NCBI GenBank assembly: GCA_951406725.2
Contig: OX597827.1
Location: 62,496,001 to 62,560,000 of the forward strand
From: Octopus vulgaris
Taxonomy: Eukaryota
Direction: 5' to 3'
DNA length: 64,000 nucleotides
The notes beneath the pieces are model-generated. The model did no database searches. It had not been told where the DNA came from and saw only the letters and a list, made by a program, of their open reading frames with translations. This document shows positions 1 to 13,390 of this stretch, piece after piece (position 1 is the first letter of the stretch; each line of letters starts with the position of its first letter). Position numbers and translations under genes: made by a program.

Positions 1-57
<57 letters not shown>

Positions 58-126
58 TGTTATAGAATAGAAATATATACACGCAACATGTTCTGAGGCA
101 TGCATATTGAAGAATATTTACTACTG

Positions 127-162
<36 letters not shown>

Positions 163-288
163 AACAGATATATATGTATATATGTATATAAACATATATA
201 TATATATATAAACATACATATCTATATCTATATATATATTTATATATGATTATATATAAGTACACACATATACATATATACACACAGA

Positions 289-323
<35 letters not shown>

Positions 324-718
324 GCGCGCACTAACATATACTTGACTGCTTTTACTTATTGATTAATATACCCACTGAGAAGGAAAAGGCGTTATACAAC
401 ACAAGCATAGCTATAAACGTACATACACTCATATATATATATACCATAACGTGTGGTTACATCTTCGTTCGGGTGCGTATATATGTGTGTGAATATATAT
501 TTAAAACGGTAAATGAATCAAAGAAAAGTTATGAAAAACACATGAGCTTTGCAAGAGACGGACATGGAGGTTTATATGCATGTACTCTTTCGTCCACAAA
601 TACATACTTGTGTATACACGTAATATATACTTTGTTCCACAAAATTGATTTGTAAAGACGTAGATAAGAGCATCTGCATAGATATAAGTTGATTTACATA
701 CAAACACAAATACAACAT

Positions 719-797
<79 letters not shown>

Positions 798-839
798 CAT
801 ATATGTATACATATACACATATATATATATATATAATAT

Positions 840-1039
840 AAATTTCCTTGCTGTGGGTAAAAGAAAATGCTGGAGGATTAGTTAATTACGATTTTGTTTA
901 GGATCTTCCCCTCTCTGATTCACACACTTCTTGCAGCGGCCCTTTAGTTTTTTTTTTAATCCCTGTGAAAGAACCCGGAAGTTTGGGTCTGAGCCAGACC
1001 TTTGACCTTAAGACAGGAACTTTACAGCACACCCTTGTA
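840..1039. mobile_element. Mariner-type MITE, left end eroded (same family as 6826-7052)
   Basis: Internal sequence aligns with 6826-7052; right end ggaactttacagcacacccttgTA is the inverted complement of the TAcgagg..gtgctgaaaagtt terminus. Confidence 0.7.
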
Positions 1040-1566
1040 TGTATGTATGTATGTATGTATGTATGTATGTATGTATGTATGTATGTATGTATGTATGTAG
1101 GTATGTATGTTTGTATGTATGTATGTATGTATGTATCTATCTATCTATGTATGTTTGTGTGTATGTGTGTATGCTTGTATATATATATGTATATGTGTAT
1201 TTATGTTTGTGTGTAAGTATGTATGTGTGCATATATGCATGTATGTATATGTGTGTGTATATATGTGTGTATGTATATATATATATATATAAAATGTTTG
1301 GATGCATTTATACATTGAAACGTAGGTTTATACGCAGACACGTATATACACATATCTATATCTACTCGTAATTATGTATATATGCTGCGTTTATGTGTAT
1401 GTATGAATGTATGCGCGAATATACACACATGCGAGTATATAGGATGAGTGTAGAAATATACACAGTTATACATACCACATAGCGATTTATATATACGTAC
1501 ATTTATGTATGTTTGAGATGTCTATTGTGCGTCTACATTTGTGTAGAAGTAGTGCGATCTATCTAT

Positions 1567-1616
<50 letters not shown>

Positions 1617-2146
1617 CTATTTGTCTAGGAATCACAATAAATATCTTTAGACACATGCACACACACACACACATCCACACACACACATACACGTCTGCTT
1701 ACACACATATACATACGCACACACACACTCACACACACCTATACATAGCTATATATGAAACGCTCTTATAGATGCTTGGCAATTACTTTAAGCAAAATGT
1801 ACGTATAATATATCATACGTACACAAGCTTGCTTAATGGCGGCCATTTTGAATATACTTTTCACTTAAGTGTGTAATAGTTTTTGTATCTCACCTTACAA
1901 AAGTTATATTTTGTTGGGCGTTTTATCATTGGAATTTTTCATCGGAATCGAAATCATGAAATCTACTTTGGAAATTTAGTTTCAAATTCACGAAAGACCG
2001 CAAAAGATAGTAAAACATCTTTACATTTAAGCATTATATTTAGGTAAAATGCACAAATATGGCCCCGTAGTTATGAAGTGTTACTCAAATGAATGTTTGC
2101 ATGTTATCTTTGTCAAGTATATGACAAAGCAATTTAAAGCATGCCT

Positions 2147-2301
2147 GTGTGGATGGATCAGATACTCGGTTTGAAGCCATACATATTTGGTTTCCATTCC
2201 ATTGTACGCCACATTGCAGCAAGTGTCTTCAACTATAACCGCGGGCCGACCAATGTTTGCGAACGAATGTAGTAGACGAAACTATGTAGAATCCCGCGTG
2301 A

Positions 2302-2349
<48 letters not shown>

Positions 2350-2665
2350 TCCTGAAGATTTCTCTTGAATGAAACAGTACTAGTCCTGTAGAAGCTCCTT
2401 CTATATAATAAATTAATTTTACTCTGCTATGTATTGAGTACCTTACTTACTGTGGTTAACCCCGAATCAACCCGGGACCTACATATATATATATATATAT
2501 ATATATGAGAGTGTCTTTGCGTTTGTATTTGTCACGCTCAACTTTTGACAACAAATATTATTTTTTTCACGTTGGAGTAACCGAGTGGTTCGGCAAAAAG
2601 ATAACGATGGAATAAATACCTGACTTTAATGAAAAAAAAAGTACTAGGGTCAATTTCTTCGACTA
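2147..2665 (+). mobile_element. Degraded SINE family A copy, split by an HHR cassette in its internal (TA)n
   Basis: Head half (caagtgtcttc..ccgcgggccgaccaa) at ~2147-2300 and tail half (gtggttcggcaaaaaga..gggtcaatttcttcgactaaa) at ~2505-2665 match intact family A copies. Confidence 0.65.
2348..2394 (+). ncRNA. Type I minimal hammerhead ribozyme motif
   Basis: CTTC-CTGAAGA-t(TTC tctt GAA)t-GAAA-CAG tactagtc CTG-TA-GAAG: stem I CTTC/GAAG, stem II, stem III and GUA cleavage triplet all present; cassette 2347-2482 recurs at 61290-61445. Confidence 0.7.
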
Positions 2666-2809
2666 AACAAGTAAATAAGAGATGAAAAAAGTACGAAAGT
2701 TTAGAAAAAGAACTAATTTAATTTGTAAATATTTCGGATACATTTTGGTTAATGGGATTACCATCTCTAGATTCTTAACTTTATTAGAAAGCATTACATA
2801 CATGCATAC

Positions 2810-2842
<33 letters not shown>

Positions 2843-2994
2843 TGTATGTATGTATGTATGTATGTATGTATGTATGTATGTATGTATGTATTTATGTATA
2901 TATGTATGTATGTATTTATGTATGTATGTATGTATATATATATATATATATATACATATATGTATATATATGCATATATATGTATATATATGTG

Positions 2995-3040
<46 letters not shown>

Positions 3041-3080
3041 TGCATATATGTATATATATGCATATATATGCATATATATA

Positions 3081-3135
<55 letters not shown>

Positions 3136-3529
3136 GCTTACATGCCTCCTACCTACTCACATACACACATCTTACATACACATACACACACATATGTATG
3201 TAGCTGTGCTCAGTTCTATCAGCGATCGTTATCAAGTGTCTTATGCATGGATTTGAAATTTAAAAAATCATGTTTGAGATAAGTCGTTATTCATAAGATT
3301 AACATTTTTCTCTGTTAATCTTGTATATTACAGTGTGCAGGATCTACGCATATTTAGTTACACGAAGACATATAAAGATTATAAATTAGACGTATTGTGC
3401 ATATATAAATGTTTTAAATATACGCTCGAATGAAGAGGTTAATCGTTTCCCTAAATTATAATCATAATTAAAACTGATACACGGGGGGAACTACGAAGAT
3501 CATTTTACAATATTAATAACTAATTTGAA

Positions 3530-3912
3530 GGTGGAGAGACGGTTGAATCGTTAGCACACCGGACGAAATACTTAACGGCATTTCATTCGTCTTGACGCCG
3601 AGACAGGCTTTTCCTTTCAGAGTACCAGTTGAATAATGGGGTCAACGTAATTGACTTACTACCTCTTCGAAACTTACTGGCCTTGTGCCAACTTTGCAAA
3701 TCAATTATATTCGTTTCTACTCTAGGCATAAGGCCCGAAATTTTGGGGAAGGCGGGCAGTGGATTAGATCGACCCCAGTACGCAGCCGGCGTGCTAACGT
3801 TTCTTATTTCTTTATTGCCCACAAGGGGCTACACACAGAGGGAACAAACAAGGACAGACAAAGGGATCAAGTCGATTACATCGACCCCAGTACACAACTG
3901 GTACTTAATTTA
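3530..3912. mobile_element. Two partial SINE family B copies in opposite orientation
   Basis: gaatcgttagcacaccggacgaaatac.. on +; gtgctaacgtttcttatttctttattgcccacaagggg..ctggtacttaattt on - matches family B. Confidence 0.65.
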
Positions 3913-3999
3913 CTAGTTTTAGTAATGGCTGAATGGCGCTTCCATCCTCTGCGTAAGTGGACGCCTTTTTATGAATATATGAATATACATAAATATATG

Positions 4000-4399
4000 G
4001 CAATAATAAATCTCTGAACGAGATGTAAACAGTAACTGCACGACAATGTAAGGTATACCAGTCATCTCAATATGGCTAACCACTAAGGGTGGGTGTTACT
4101 GTAGCTTGTAGCCCTAGGAGATCATCTTCTCCAGCTGGCTTTAGGCACACTTTCTGTGCCCTTATGGTATTTGCAAAGGGAGGTCATCCCTCCGTCGTCA
4201 ACCTAAGTGACACGCACGGACTGCAGTTTCTAGGTATTTGCCTGTCTTCGGCGTACGGCAGTCACCGGTTGTCGATGAAGGGAGTCCCAATGCAAATCCT
4301 TATATCGTTTTTCCAGTAACTTTTCGTCACTGATCTCGAAGAACTGTATGCAAGCAACAATAAATCTCTGAACGAGATGTAAACAGTAACTGCACGACA
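4000..4399. repeat. ~310-bp GC-richer insert flanked by ~46-bp direct repeats
   Basis: gcaa(t/c)aataaatctctgaacgagatgtaaacagtaactgcacgaca at ~4000-4045 and ~4354-4399. Confidence 0.85.
4213..4257 (-). ncRNA. Hammerhead ribozyme motif (CCGAAGA core variant) with long extended stem I
   Basis: Minus strand: CGTACG-CCGAAGA-c(AGG caaata CCT)a-GAAA-CTGCAG-TC-CGTGCG; flanks 4187-4211 and 4261-4283 are also complementary. Confidence 0.75.
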
Positions 4400-4689
4400 T
4401 AAATATATGCTTTTGAATATAAGATATGTGTGAAGAAAGCAGCCCTCAACTTACATGCGAGCACAAATATACATAGACACGTACGCACACATGCATATAT
4501 AATCGGTAAATTTATGAATGCAGAGAGAGAAGAAAGAGAGACTGAGAGACGGATAAATAGAGGGAGAAGGAGAAAGAATGACAGGAAGGACAAAAACTGC
4601 AAAGGAAATGTAAATATCGGTCGAAGCAGAGAAATATGAATTGGGTAAGAAAAAAATGGGAAGGGAAATGGGGGAAGAGACGAAGAAAA

Positions 4690-5350
4690 AGAAGAGGACA
4701 ATTAATTAAAGAATGACTGTACGTGTGAGAGAGGGATAGATAGAGAGGGAATGACGGAGAGACGGTGAGGATTAGAAAGCAGTGAAGGAAAAAATAAAAG
4801 TTGAGTATCACTTATGGAAGAGAGGGGGGAGAGAAAGTCAGAGAGAGGAGAGAGAAGAGAGAGAGACAAAGACAGACACAAAAAGAAAGAGAAAATAGAG
4901 AAAGATAGAGAGTCGGAGAGGATTAGAAAGGAGTGAAGGAAAAAATAAAAGTTGAGTATCATTTATGGAAGAGAGAGGAGAGAGGGAGAGAGAGAAATGA
5001 AGAGAGAGAGAAGGAGAGAGCACAGAGAGAAAGAAAGACGGAGAGAGAGAGAGAGAGAGGGAGAGAGAATAGTGAGAAAGAAAGACAGAGAGAGAGAGAC
5101 AAAAGCAAACACAAAAAGAATGAGAAAACAGGGAGAGATAGAGAGAGACTGAAAGAGGGAAAAGACAATAGAATGAATGTTAAAGGCAAGGGGGATAACT
5201 GATATGAGAAATATTAACAGTAACGAAGAGAGAGGGAGAGATATATTGGTGAAAAAGAAAGTGAGGGTACAGGGAGGTACAGGGAGAGAGAGAGAGAGAG
5301 AGTGAAAGAATGAGAGGGAGGAGAGAAAGAGAGAAGGAGATATGAAGAAA
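4690..5350. repeat. Purine-rich (GA) low-complexity tract with ~150-bp local duplication
   Basis: ggattagaaag(c/g)agtgaaggaaaaaataaaagttgagtatca(c/t)ttatggaagagag at ~4769 and ~4920. Confidence 0.8.
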
Positions 5351-5643
5351 TAGTGAGCAAGAAATTAAATGTGTCAAATCTCATTCCATATTTTAAGTAG
5401 ACAGAAGAGGATATCTTTAAATAACCTTACCGTCTGCTTTCATTGATTTTTCTTCCTTTGACGTGTCACAGTTTAAACACGTTAACGAAATGGTGAATAT
5501 TAGCAGCCATTTTGAACATACATATACATATATATATGTTGTAAATAAATACATTTACATAATTATGTTTAGTGAAAATTCACTTAGTTCTGTGCATATG
5601 TATGTGATATACAAGCACGCACACACATACATACACACACGCG

Positions 5644-5681
<38 letters not shown>

Positions 5682-6170
5682 AAATGGGACAAGAACGCAA
5701 AGCATCCAGACAGTTAGGTGATACAAGAAAGGAACAACAAAACATCCAGATAGACGATACAAAGAAAACAAGGACGAGTCATTTGGAGTTTTCTTTCCTC
5801 AGTCGAGGTCCAGATTATCTTTGCAATTTCGACTGGTTATAATCGCTCCCAGAACCACACTAACAACTTAGGAAGGAAATTAAGGATTTCTCGGTTTTCT
5901 GTGAATCAATTTTTATGAAACTTTCCCCAGCTGGTTTGCACACAAGGGCATCACCATTGTTGTTTTCATTATTCTGATTAGCGTCCTTTCATTTTTTTAT
6001 TTCAGATTCTTTAGTTTTGGGATGAACCATGCTAATAGCTTTTGAATGAAAATTGCCCATCTAGACATTGTTTTTCAGAAAATGAAGGGTAATTATACAT
6101 ATTAAGCATACGTTGAATATATATTTAACAGGAAACCATAACAATATTATAACGTTTTTGACATAATGAA

Positions 6171-6293
6171 CTATTTAGCCACATTACCGCCATTTCGACG
6201 GATAACTTCAAAAACCCTATTAGTCATGGAATCTGTCAATTGCGTAATAGTAGAATGTTGAACTGCCTCTACTGTAGCTTTGATGGTCGCCCA
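6171..6293 (-). pseudogene. Tc1-like transposase C-terminal fragment
   Basis: Translates WATIKATVEAVQHSTITQLTDSMTNRVFEVIRRNGGNVAK*, matching the Tc1 C-terminal L..SM..R+..VI...GG motif. Confidence 0.6.
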
Positions 6294-6295
6294 TC

Positions 6296-6380
6296 ATTTT
6301 TGTTGCGTCTTGCAACATTTTCAATAGTCTTGACTCAAGAGTCAAGACTATTTAAAAGGTTGCAAGACGCAACAAAAAAT
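6296..6380. repeat. Near-perfect ~40-bp-arm palindrome
   Basis: tttttgttgcgtcttgcaacattttcaatagtcttgactc-aa-gagtcaagactatttaaaaggttgcaagacgcaacaaaaa. Confidence 0.9.
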
Positions 6381-6825
6381 TTAAGAAAATAAAAATAAGA
6401 AATAAGTGGAAATTTTACCGGCGAGTGTGTTAAATTATAAGGCACAAAAAGAAACTGACTCTTCACAGACACAACAAAATATGCTTCAACACACGAACTC
6501 ACATAAAGAATCTAAGAATCATGCAAACCAAATCCAAAAACGATATACATATATATATATTATGGCTGCCAACTCGGGTTTAAGTATTGTTATCGCCTGA
6601 TCGAAATTCTCACACATGCGAAGGATATGACCAACAATTTTTGTGATAGGTCTCTCTGTGTTTTCACAACTATGGTTGTGGATGCTGATTTTGTTATAGT
6701 GGGGAAAGGATTTGCACAAATCCAATCCCCTACTACCCGCGCCCCCACGCACCCGTGAATCCCCCATTGCCCCTGCACCCCCACGCACTCGTACACTCCA
6801 CCCCACACGAACACACATATTTATA

Positions 6826-7052
6826 TACGAGGTTGTGCTGAAAAGTTTTCCTGGCTTTGGGTAAAAGAAAATACAGGAGGATCAGTTAATTATGATTTTA
6901 TTCAACATATTCCCCTCTCAGATTCACACACTTACTGCAGTGGCCCCTTAAATTTTTCTTGTAATCCTTGAAAAAGAACTCAGAAGGTTGAGCCTTAAGC
7001 CAGACCTTTTTGCAAGACACTTAAAATCAAGAACGTTTCAACACATCCTTCT
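6826..7052. mobile_element. Mariner-type MITE
   Basis: TAcgaggttgtgctgaaaagtt left TIR and gaacgtttcaacacatcc right TIR; another left-end fragment at 12415-12453. Confidence 0.75.
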
Positions 7053-7434
7053 GTTTATACACACTCACATCAAAACACCGATTCGTGAATGGGTTTCGTG
7101 AATCCGTCGTACTCATCGATACTTTGGTAATTTTTATGTAGCAAAAACGACGACCTATAACATGTCCTTAAAATGACACAAAATCCGCCATTTAAAACAA
7201 ACACAAAAAAACAATTGCAGTGCTTTATTCGAATAAATACATTTTTGCCGTGCCGCATTTCAAATTATGATAATGTCTTCTGATTTAGGCAGAAAGCCAA
7301 TAATTTTGGAGCGAGAAGTCGGTCAATTCCATTAATTGACGTACTTGAATGTAACGTTATTGTATCAATCTCGAATAGAAGTCAGATTTGATTTAGACGG
7401 GATTTGAATGTGGCGAATCATTACAAATACCGCA

Positions 7435-7595
7435 GGCGTGGATCTGTGCCAAGAAGTTTGCTTTCCAACCACGTGGTTCTTGGTTCAATCCCACTGCACA
7501 GCAACTTGAACAATTGTCTTCTACTATAGCCTCAGGCCAATAGAACACTTGTGAGTGGGTTTGGCAGACGGGGACTGAAAGAAGCCTGTCATAAA
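7435..7595 (+). mobile_element. SINE family A head half
   Basis: ggttcaatcccactgc..tgtcttctactatagcctcaggcc..ttggcagacggggactgaaagaagcc followed by (CA)n. Confidence 0.7.
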
Positions 7596-7624
7596 CACAC
7601 ACAAACACACTCACACACACGCAT

Positions 7625-7681
<57 letters not shown>

Positions 7682-8352
7682 AAAAGGATAAAATTTTTCG
7701 AAAAAAATGTTATCATTGGCCAGCATATGAAAAATATATTTTCAGGTGAAAATTATAAATTATAAATATGGGCAAAATAAAAAATTTCTTTGCCTTTTAA
7801 GGTGAAAATTATAAATACAATTATAAATAAGGGTAAAATAAAAACAAATTGCCAATATGCTGAAAAATAGACGCTAAATCGTCTAACCACATACAATATT
7901 TTCACTATAATTGCACTCATATGCTACTAACAAAAGGTTTTCGAAAATTTTTAGCCTTATATTAGAAGTAAATTTTTTAACATTCACTTCGGGACTGGTA
8001 ACCACTGTACGTGTGTCGCCCGACCGACTACACGTGTGTCGAGGCTGGCTACTGAATTTCTATTTTGATATATCTGGGTACTTATATGTACACATGACTT
8101 TGTGTCTGTTTTTCTGTGGGCATGTGTAAGTATTCTATTTACTTTCATAGGGTTCCTCGCTTGTGAAGGAAGAATCCTTTTGGATTAATCCAGAAATCGC
8201 AACCGATACGAGTATAGATAAGTGTTTATGAATTTCTGTTGGCTTGCTTTTCTCGTTTCGACATGCAGTGTAATTATAGTAAAAGTACTGTATGTAGTTA
8301 GACGATTTAGCGTCTATTTTTCAACATATTGGCAAAGAAAATTTTGTTTTGT

Positions 8353-8398
<46 letters not shown>

Positions 8399-9167
8399 AT
8401 GTGTGTATGTATGTATGTATGTATGTATGTATGTATGTATGTATGTATGTATGTATGTATGTATATATCGTGTTGGTGTGTGGGTGGGTGTATGTGTTTA
8501 TGTGTGTATGTGTTTATGTGTGTATGTTTGTATCTGTGTTTGGATTTATTTGTTCGACTAAAAATTATTTTAGGCGCTACACCAGCTTGGCTGAAGTTTA
8601 ATGTCTGAAGCAAGTAAAAAATAAATAAATAAATAAACAGAAAGCATTTTTCCGATGCTTTATCATTCCGACTTCTTTGAAATTTTGATAATAATAAACG
8701 AGAATGAAAGTATGTATCTCGATAATACTAAAACTCTAGAGATGTTTGTGTGTACCCGAAATAGCTCAGAAATAGTATATTATATATTAATTTTGTTTCT
8801 GTGCATATTTATTTTCCTACTTACCTTCGGCAGTGCAATACAAATTTTTGTGATATTTGGACCTCTATTTAAACGCAATCTTCGTTACTTATTTCGATAT
8901 AAAAAAGGACATGGCTTCCGCGACGTCAACCATATACACGCATACAGAATACACAAACATATAATAAATGTCATGGCTGTCAATCAACACAAACACACGT
9001 CCGTAATCTGTGACATATACACACAGTCTTCGCGCTCTCTATGAAAAAAAAAACGCCGACTGTTTGACGTACACAATATTTTAATCATTTAGAAATATTT
9101 TTAACTGAATGTGATATAATCAGCCTGAGCTCGTTAATTTCCGTAATTTTTAAATTTATTTATTTAC

Positions 9168-9242
9168 ATTTGTTTTAAAGTGAAAGATAGGAGAAAGCGA
9201 AAGATGTATGTTCGTGTATATGAAATGGACATGTGTGTGTGT

Positions 9243-9279
<37 letters not shown>

Positions 9280-9532
9280 AAGAGAGAGAGAGAGAGATGG
9301 AAGAGATAGTGAGAGAAGGGGTGTGTTGTACATACATCAATACATATGCGTACATCTTTGGTCCTCTTTGTGTGCATGTGTGTGTGAGAAAGAAATAGTG
9401 TGTGTGTGTTGTTCTCATGTGTGTGTAGTAGTATTTTCTCTCTTTCTCTCGCCCTCACATACACACACATCCATTTCACATACACGTTCATACGTCTTAC
9501 TCTGTCTTTTCTCTTTCACTTTAAAACAAAAA
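9168..9532. repeat. ~70-bp imperfect inverted repeats bracketing a GA/GT microsatellite core
   Basis: tttgttttaaagtgaaaga..gtgtatatgaaatggacatgtgtg versus cacacatccatttcacatacacg..tctttcactttaaaacaaaa. Confidence 0.75.
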
Positions 9533-10944
9533 TAACAGGTGATTTTCAGTATAAAAATTGTTTTAAAAAACCCCTATTATGAACTACTATTATTTTTTAT
9601 AACTTATTTTCAAATTTCTGATTTTTAATGAATAATAAAGAAAATGAATTTTTGAAAGTGCAAAAAATATTTTGTGTTATTTCTAATTTTTAATAGAAGT
9701 AACAAGTAACAACAAATTGAAGTAATAACTTATAATGAAATTTTTAGTTTTAATAAAAAACTAATATTTTCTAAATCAAAATATTTTATTTGAAATTTTA
9801 TCCTTAGCTGTAATATTTTAAGTAAAAAATTTTCTTGTTCTGTACTTTACCAGCTGTAATGAGTTGTCCTGAACTGTAATTCCCCAGGTTTATAATGTTA
9901 AGGATTTTGTTTGTCTCGCTTGCATTTTCTCATGTAAACCATGTTTTTTTCCCGGCTATGCTATTATTGCTAATTAATAATGTGTCAACTGTGTCAATTA
10001 GCTGTGTCGTTGATAATTTTTTCCTTACCTCAATGAGCCGGTGGCATATATAAAAGTCCCCTTTTACAACTATATTCATAAAAAGTATAGAACTATATTA
10101 TCACCCTCAAATTTGAGAAACTCTCATAACTTTTTCTTTTAAAATTTCATTGCATAAAAGTGATACCATGGAATTCCTCGATTTGAGCTCTATCATTTAA
10201 GCTTAATTAAAATATAGTTTGTTTTTAAAATAAAAGAAGTTAATTATACTTAAATCCAATTTTATGCCTTATAGTTTTCATATTTTACCTCATAACTTTT
10301 TTGATACGAATTTTTGCTGCATGGGACCAAAACTATAAAATTATTCATGCTTTCTTCTGTCATTGAAGCTTTTAAAAGGAGAAAGCTATTTAGATCTAAG
10401 CTTGATTGGTGGCGTTGCTTACTCTCCTATAACGTTGTTACAAATTTTGATGTAAACGTTTTTCTATTGGATCAAATCTCAATTTTGTATGCGAAAATGT
10501 AGCTAGGGATCAGCCATCTTGAAAAATGTTAACAGTTTTAAATTTGTTTAAGAACTGAATTAGCGACAAGCTCTGAAAGTTGCTGCGTGTGAGTAAATTG
10601 CGACCTTAAGAATATTATTCAAGTACTGCCGTAGTTGAATTCCATATATAAAAATGAATAAATAGAGTCAAGAAGAAGGAGTACGTTTAGACAGCTATTT
10701 AATAAATACTACGCATGTTTCGACACAACATAGATCCACATATATACAGGATGTAAATCAAGTACTTGTTCAACTCTATAATCGCTGTCCCCTAATTAAA
10801 TCTTTGACTTTGATGCTAACACATCCAACTGGCTCTTTTGAATGTAATAGCATTTATAAGTTTATAAGAAATGAAACTTATTTACAAAATAAAGGGAGAA
10901 ATGATATAATTTTATGAATGTATTACTTTGATAAAATATCTATA

Positions 10945-11338
10945 GATAGGTGCGTTACACCGTAGGCAAATGTCTTCAACGTTATCCCTGGGTCATCCAG
11001 TACATCGAGAAGGAATTTGATAAACGGAATCTGTGTAGGAGGCCGTCATATATATATATATATATTTATGGTAAAATCTATACGTGCGGTTGAGTAAATT
11101 GTATTCTGGACGGGTTCGGCTGAAGAGCTACAGATATGTTATGTGAGTAAAATTACATAATTTATTAATAGCGAAACCAATTGTCCACGCTGATGACTAA
11201 TCTGCATTTTTGTTATTTTTATTTGCCCTGTTCGTTTGCGCTAGTAGTCGTGCTAACTTTCATCGGAAACAATTTTTTGTGGCTGAAACCTAGCGGATCT
11301 ATTTTTAGGGCTAGAGTCGACCACATAGTGGTTAGTCT

Positions 11339-11392
<54 letters not shown>

Positions 11393-11670
11393 TATACATA
11401 CGTATGCGTGTGTTTTTCTTTGTAGGTGTGTGTGTATTTGTGTTAGTCTCCTATCACTGCGGTGTTGGCTTGTTTATGTCTTCGTAATTCAATGATTTAG
11501 CGGTACGGCATAAAAAAACAGAATTACCAGATTAAAAAAAAAGAACAAAATAAAATGGAAAAAAAATCTAAAAATCTAAGGACCGGGGCGATTTGTTTCG
11601 ACTAAACTCCTCCAAGATGGTTCCCTCAGCGTTGCTGCCTTTCAACACATGAAATTAGTAAAACGGATTG
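10945..11670 (+). mobile_element. Degraded SINE family A copy, split by HHR cassette 11068-11340
   Basis: ggcaaatgtcttc.. head before the first (TA)n; ggggcgatttgtttcgactaaa.. tail after the second (TA)n. Confidence 0.55.
11116..11196 (+). ncRNA. Hammerhead motif followed immediately by a second CTGATGA
   Basis: CTGAAGA(11120)-GCTA..TAGC-GAAA(11173)-ccaattg-TC, then cacg-CTGATGA(11190); stem I weak. Confidence 0.55.
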
Positions 11671-11739
11671 AAGAAAAAAAAATGTCATTTAACATTCATC
11701 ATACTTTCATTTATTTCCCCGCTTTCTATTACATCCATC

Positions 11740-12100
11740 TGCTTACGACGGTGAAGTTCCTCATCTAAGTTTCATCCTAACTGCATGATTACTGCGATGC
11801 CAGGATCGATGTTCATTATTAATTGCTCGAACATTTCCAATTCACGGAACATCAATTTCTTTTGCGATCATCTTCTTCATTTCTTGCTCATTCTCATCGG
11901 TATTTTGATTAAAACCAATTCTTTGTATGGACGCCATTGATTGAAATTAAGGAGCTTGTCAGTTAATTCTCCGAACAGGATTTCTGTAAATCATGGAAGT
12001 TTCTTTCACCTGTTTTATCGAAACCAAACTCTCTTCCTATGTTTGCAACCTCTTCAAGAATTTCTTCTTCGAGGGAAAGGTTAGTGAAAGCATCAGCTGT
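11740..12100 (-). pseudogene. pogo/Tigger-like transposase C-terminal remnant
   Basis: Minus translation EEEILEEVANIGREFGFD..DLQKSCSE/ELTDKLL..MFRELEMFEQLIMNIDP resembles Tigger C-terminal regions; frameshifted. Confidence 0.45.
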
Positions 12101-12139
12101 AGAAGACTTTACAAATCACATTCGCAGCCGTTGAAGAAG

Positions 12140-12346
12140 CCGCATCACAATCGATGGATCTATGATCGGTCGGCTGATATTTGCAGACGACATGACGCTA
12201 CGTGGTTCATCAGGAGGTGATCTCCAGCATGCATTGACCTCCAAGTTTTGGCCAGTTAGATCACTGTCGGAGAGCGAAGAGTTATGTAAAATTGCTTTTA
12301 TTATAATCAACATAAATGCTCACATACAAACAAACAAACAAACAAA

Positions 12347-12415
<69 letters not shown>

Positions 12416-13085
12416 ACGAGAGAGTGCTGAAAAGTTCCTGGCTTTGGGTAAAAGATCTCCACTGCCGAGCGCTGCAAGACAGGGATGAAGATAAGAAGTA
12501 TTGCTAAGACTGAAACTTTGGCCCGCCAAAGAAAGTCTTCCTATTTCTTTGTGCATGTTAGTGTAACATCACCGAAGCAAGTGGAGAAATTCAAAGGCGG
12601 TGAGCTGGCAGAATCGTTAGCACGCCGGGTGAAATGCTTAGCGGTATTTCGTCTGCCGTTACGTTCTGAGCTCAAATTCCGCCGAGGTCGACTTTGCCTT
12701 TCATCCTTTCGGGATCGAGAAATTAAGTACCAGTTGTGCACAGGGGTCGATGTAATCGACTTAATCGGTTTGTCTGTCTTTGTTTGTCCCCTCTATGTTT
12801 AGCCCCTTGTGGGCAATAAATAAATAAATAAGTGGAAAAGTTTAAGTATCTCAAGACAATATTTAGGAAGGTTGGAAAACAGGAGGTTGAAATGGATGCT
12901 AGAATTATAGGTGCTGGATACAGTAATGTGCCATCTCCAATGTTCAATCCCCAGAGAGGTAAAAAAAAAGCCAAACCCATTAATCTTTATTCAGTTTTCG
13001 TATCTATCCTCACCTATGGTCATGAGCGTTTGGTAATGACCGAAAAATGAAATTGCAAATACAAGCAGCCGAAATCGGATGCTCC
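12140..13085 (+). pseudogene. RTE-clade LINE reverse transcriptase remnant, interrupted twice
   Basis: IGRLIFADDMTLRGSSGGDLQHAL (YADD-type motif), then GMKI..IAKTETL, QVEKFKYL, EMDARI, ILTYGHE..VMTEK; collinear with RTE RT domains 5-7 and thumb. Confidence 0.8.
12596..12829 (+). mobile_element. SINE family B, full length, with ~16-bp TSD
   Basis: ggcggtgagctggcagaatcgttagc..gagctcaaattcc..ggtcgactttgcctttcatcctttc..ccccttgtgggcaataaa; TSD aagtgga(g/a)aa(a/g)tt(c/t)aa at 12579 and 12830. Confidence 0.9.
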
Positions 13086-13222
13086 CTTTTGATCGAAATT
13101 CTTTCCCCTTTTTTTCTTTCTTCTTCCTAAAAAGAAAAGCTGTACCTTGTATTTTGTCCCTTCCGTGTTCAGCTCTTTGTGGCCAATAAAGAAACATATC
13201 TATCTCTCTTTATGTCTGTCTG

Positions 13223-13387
<165 letters not shown>

Positions 13388-13390
13388 CTT

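Noticed and set aside
1830-10520. MITE-like motifs (ggcggccattttgaa at ~1838; cataacttt repeats at 10100-10300)
   Set aside because: No termini or TSDs could be defined
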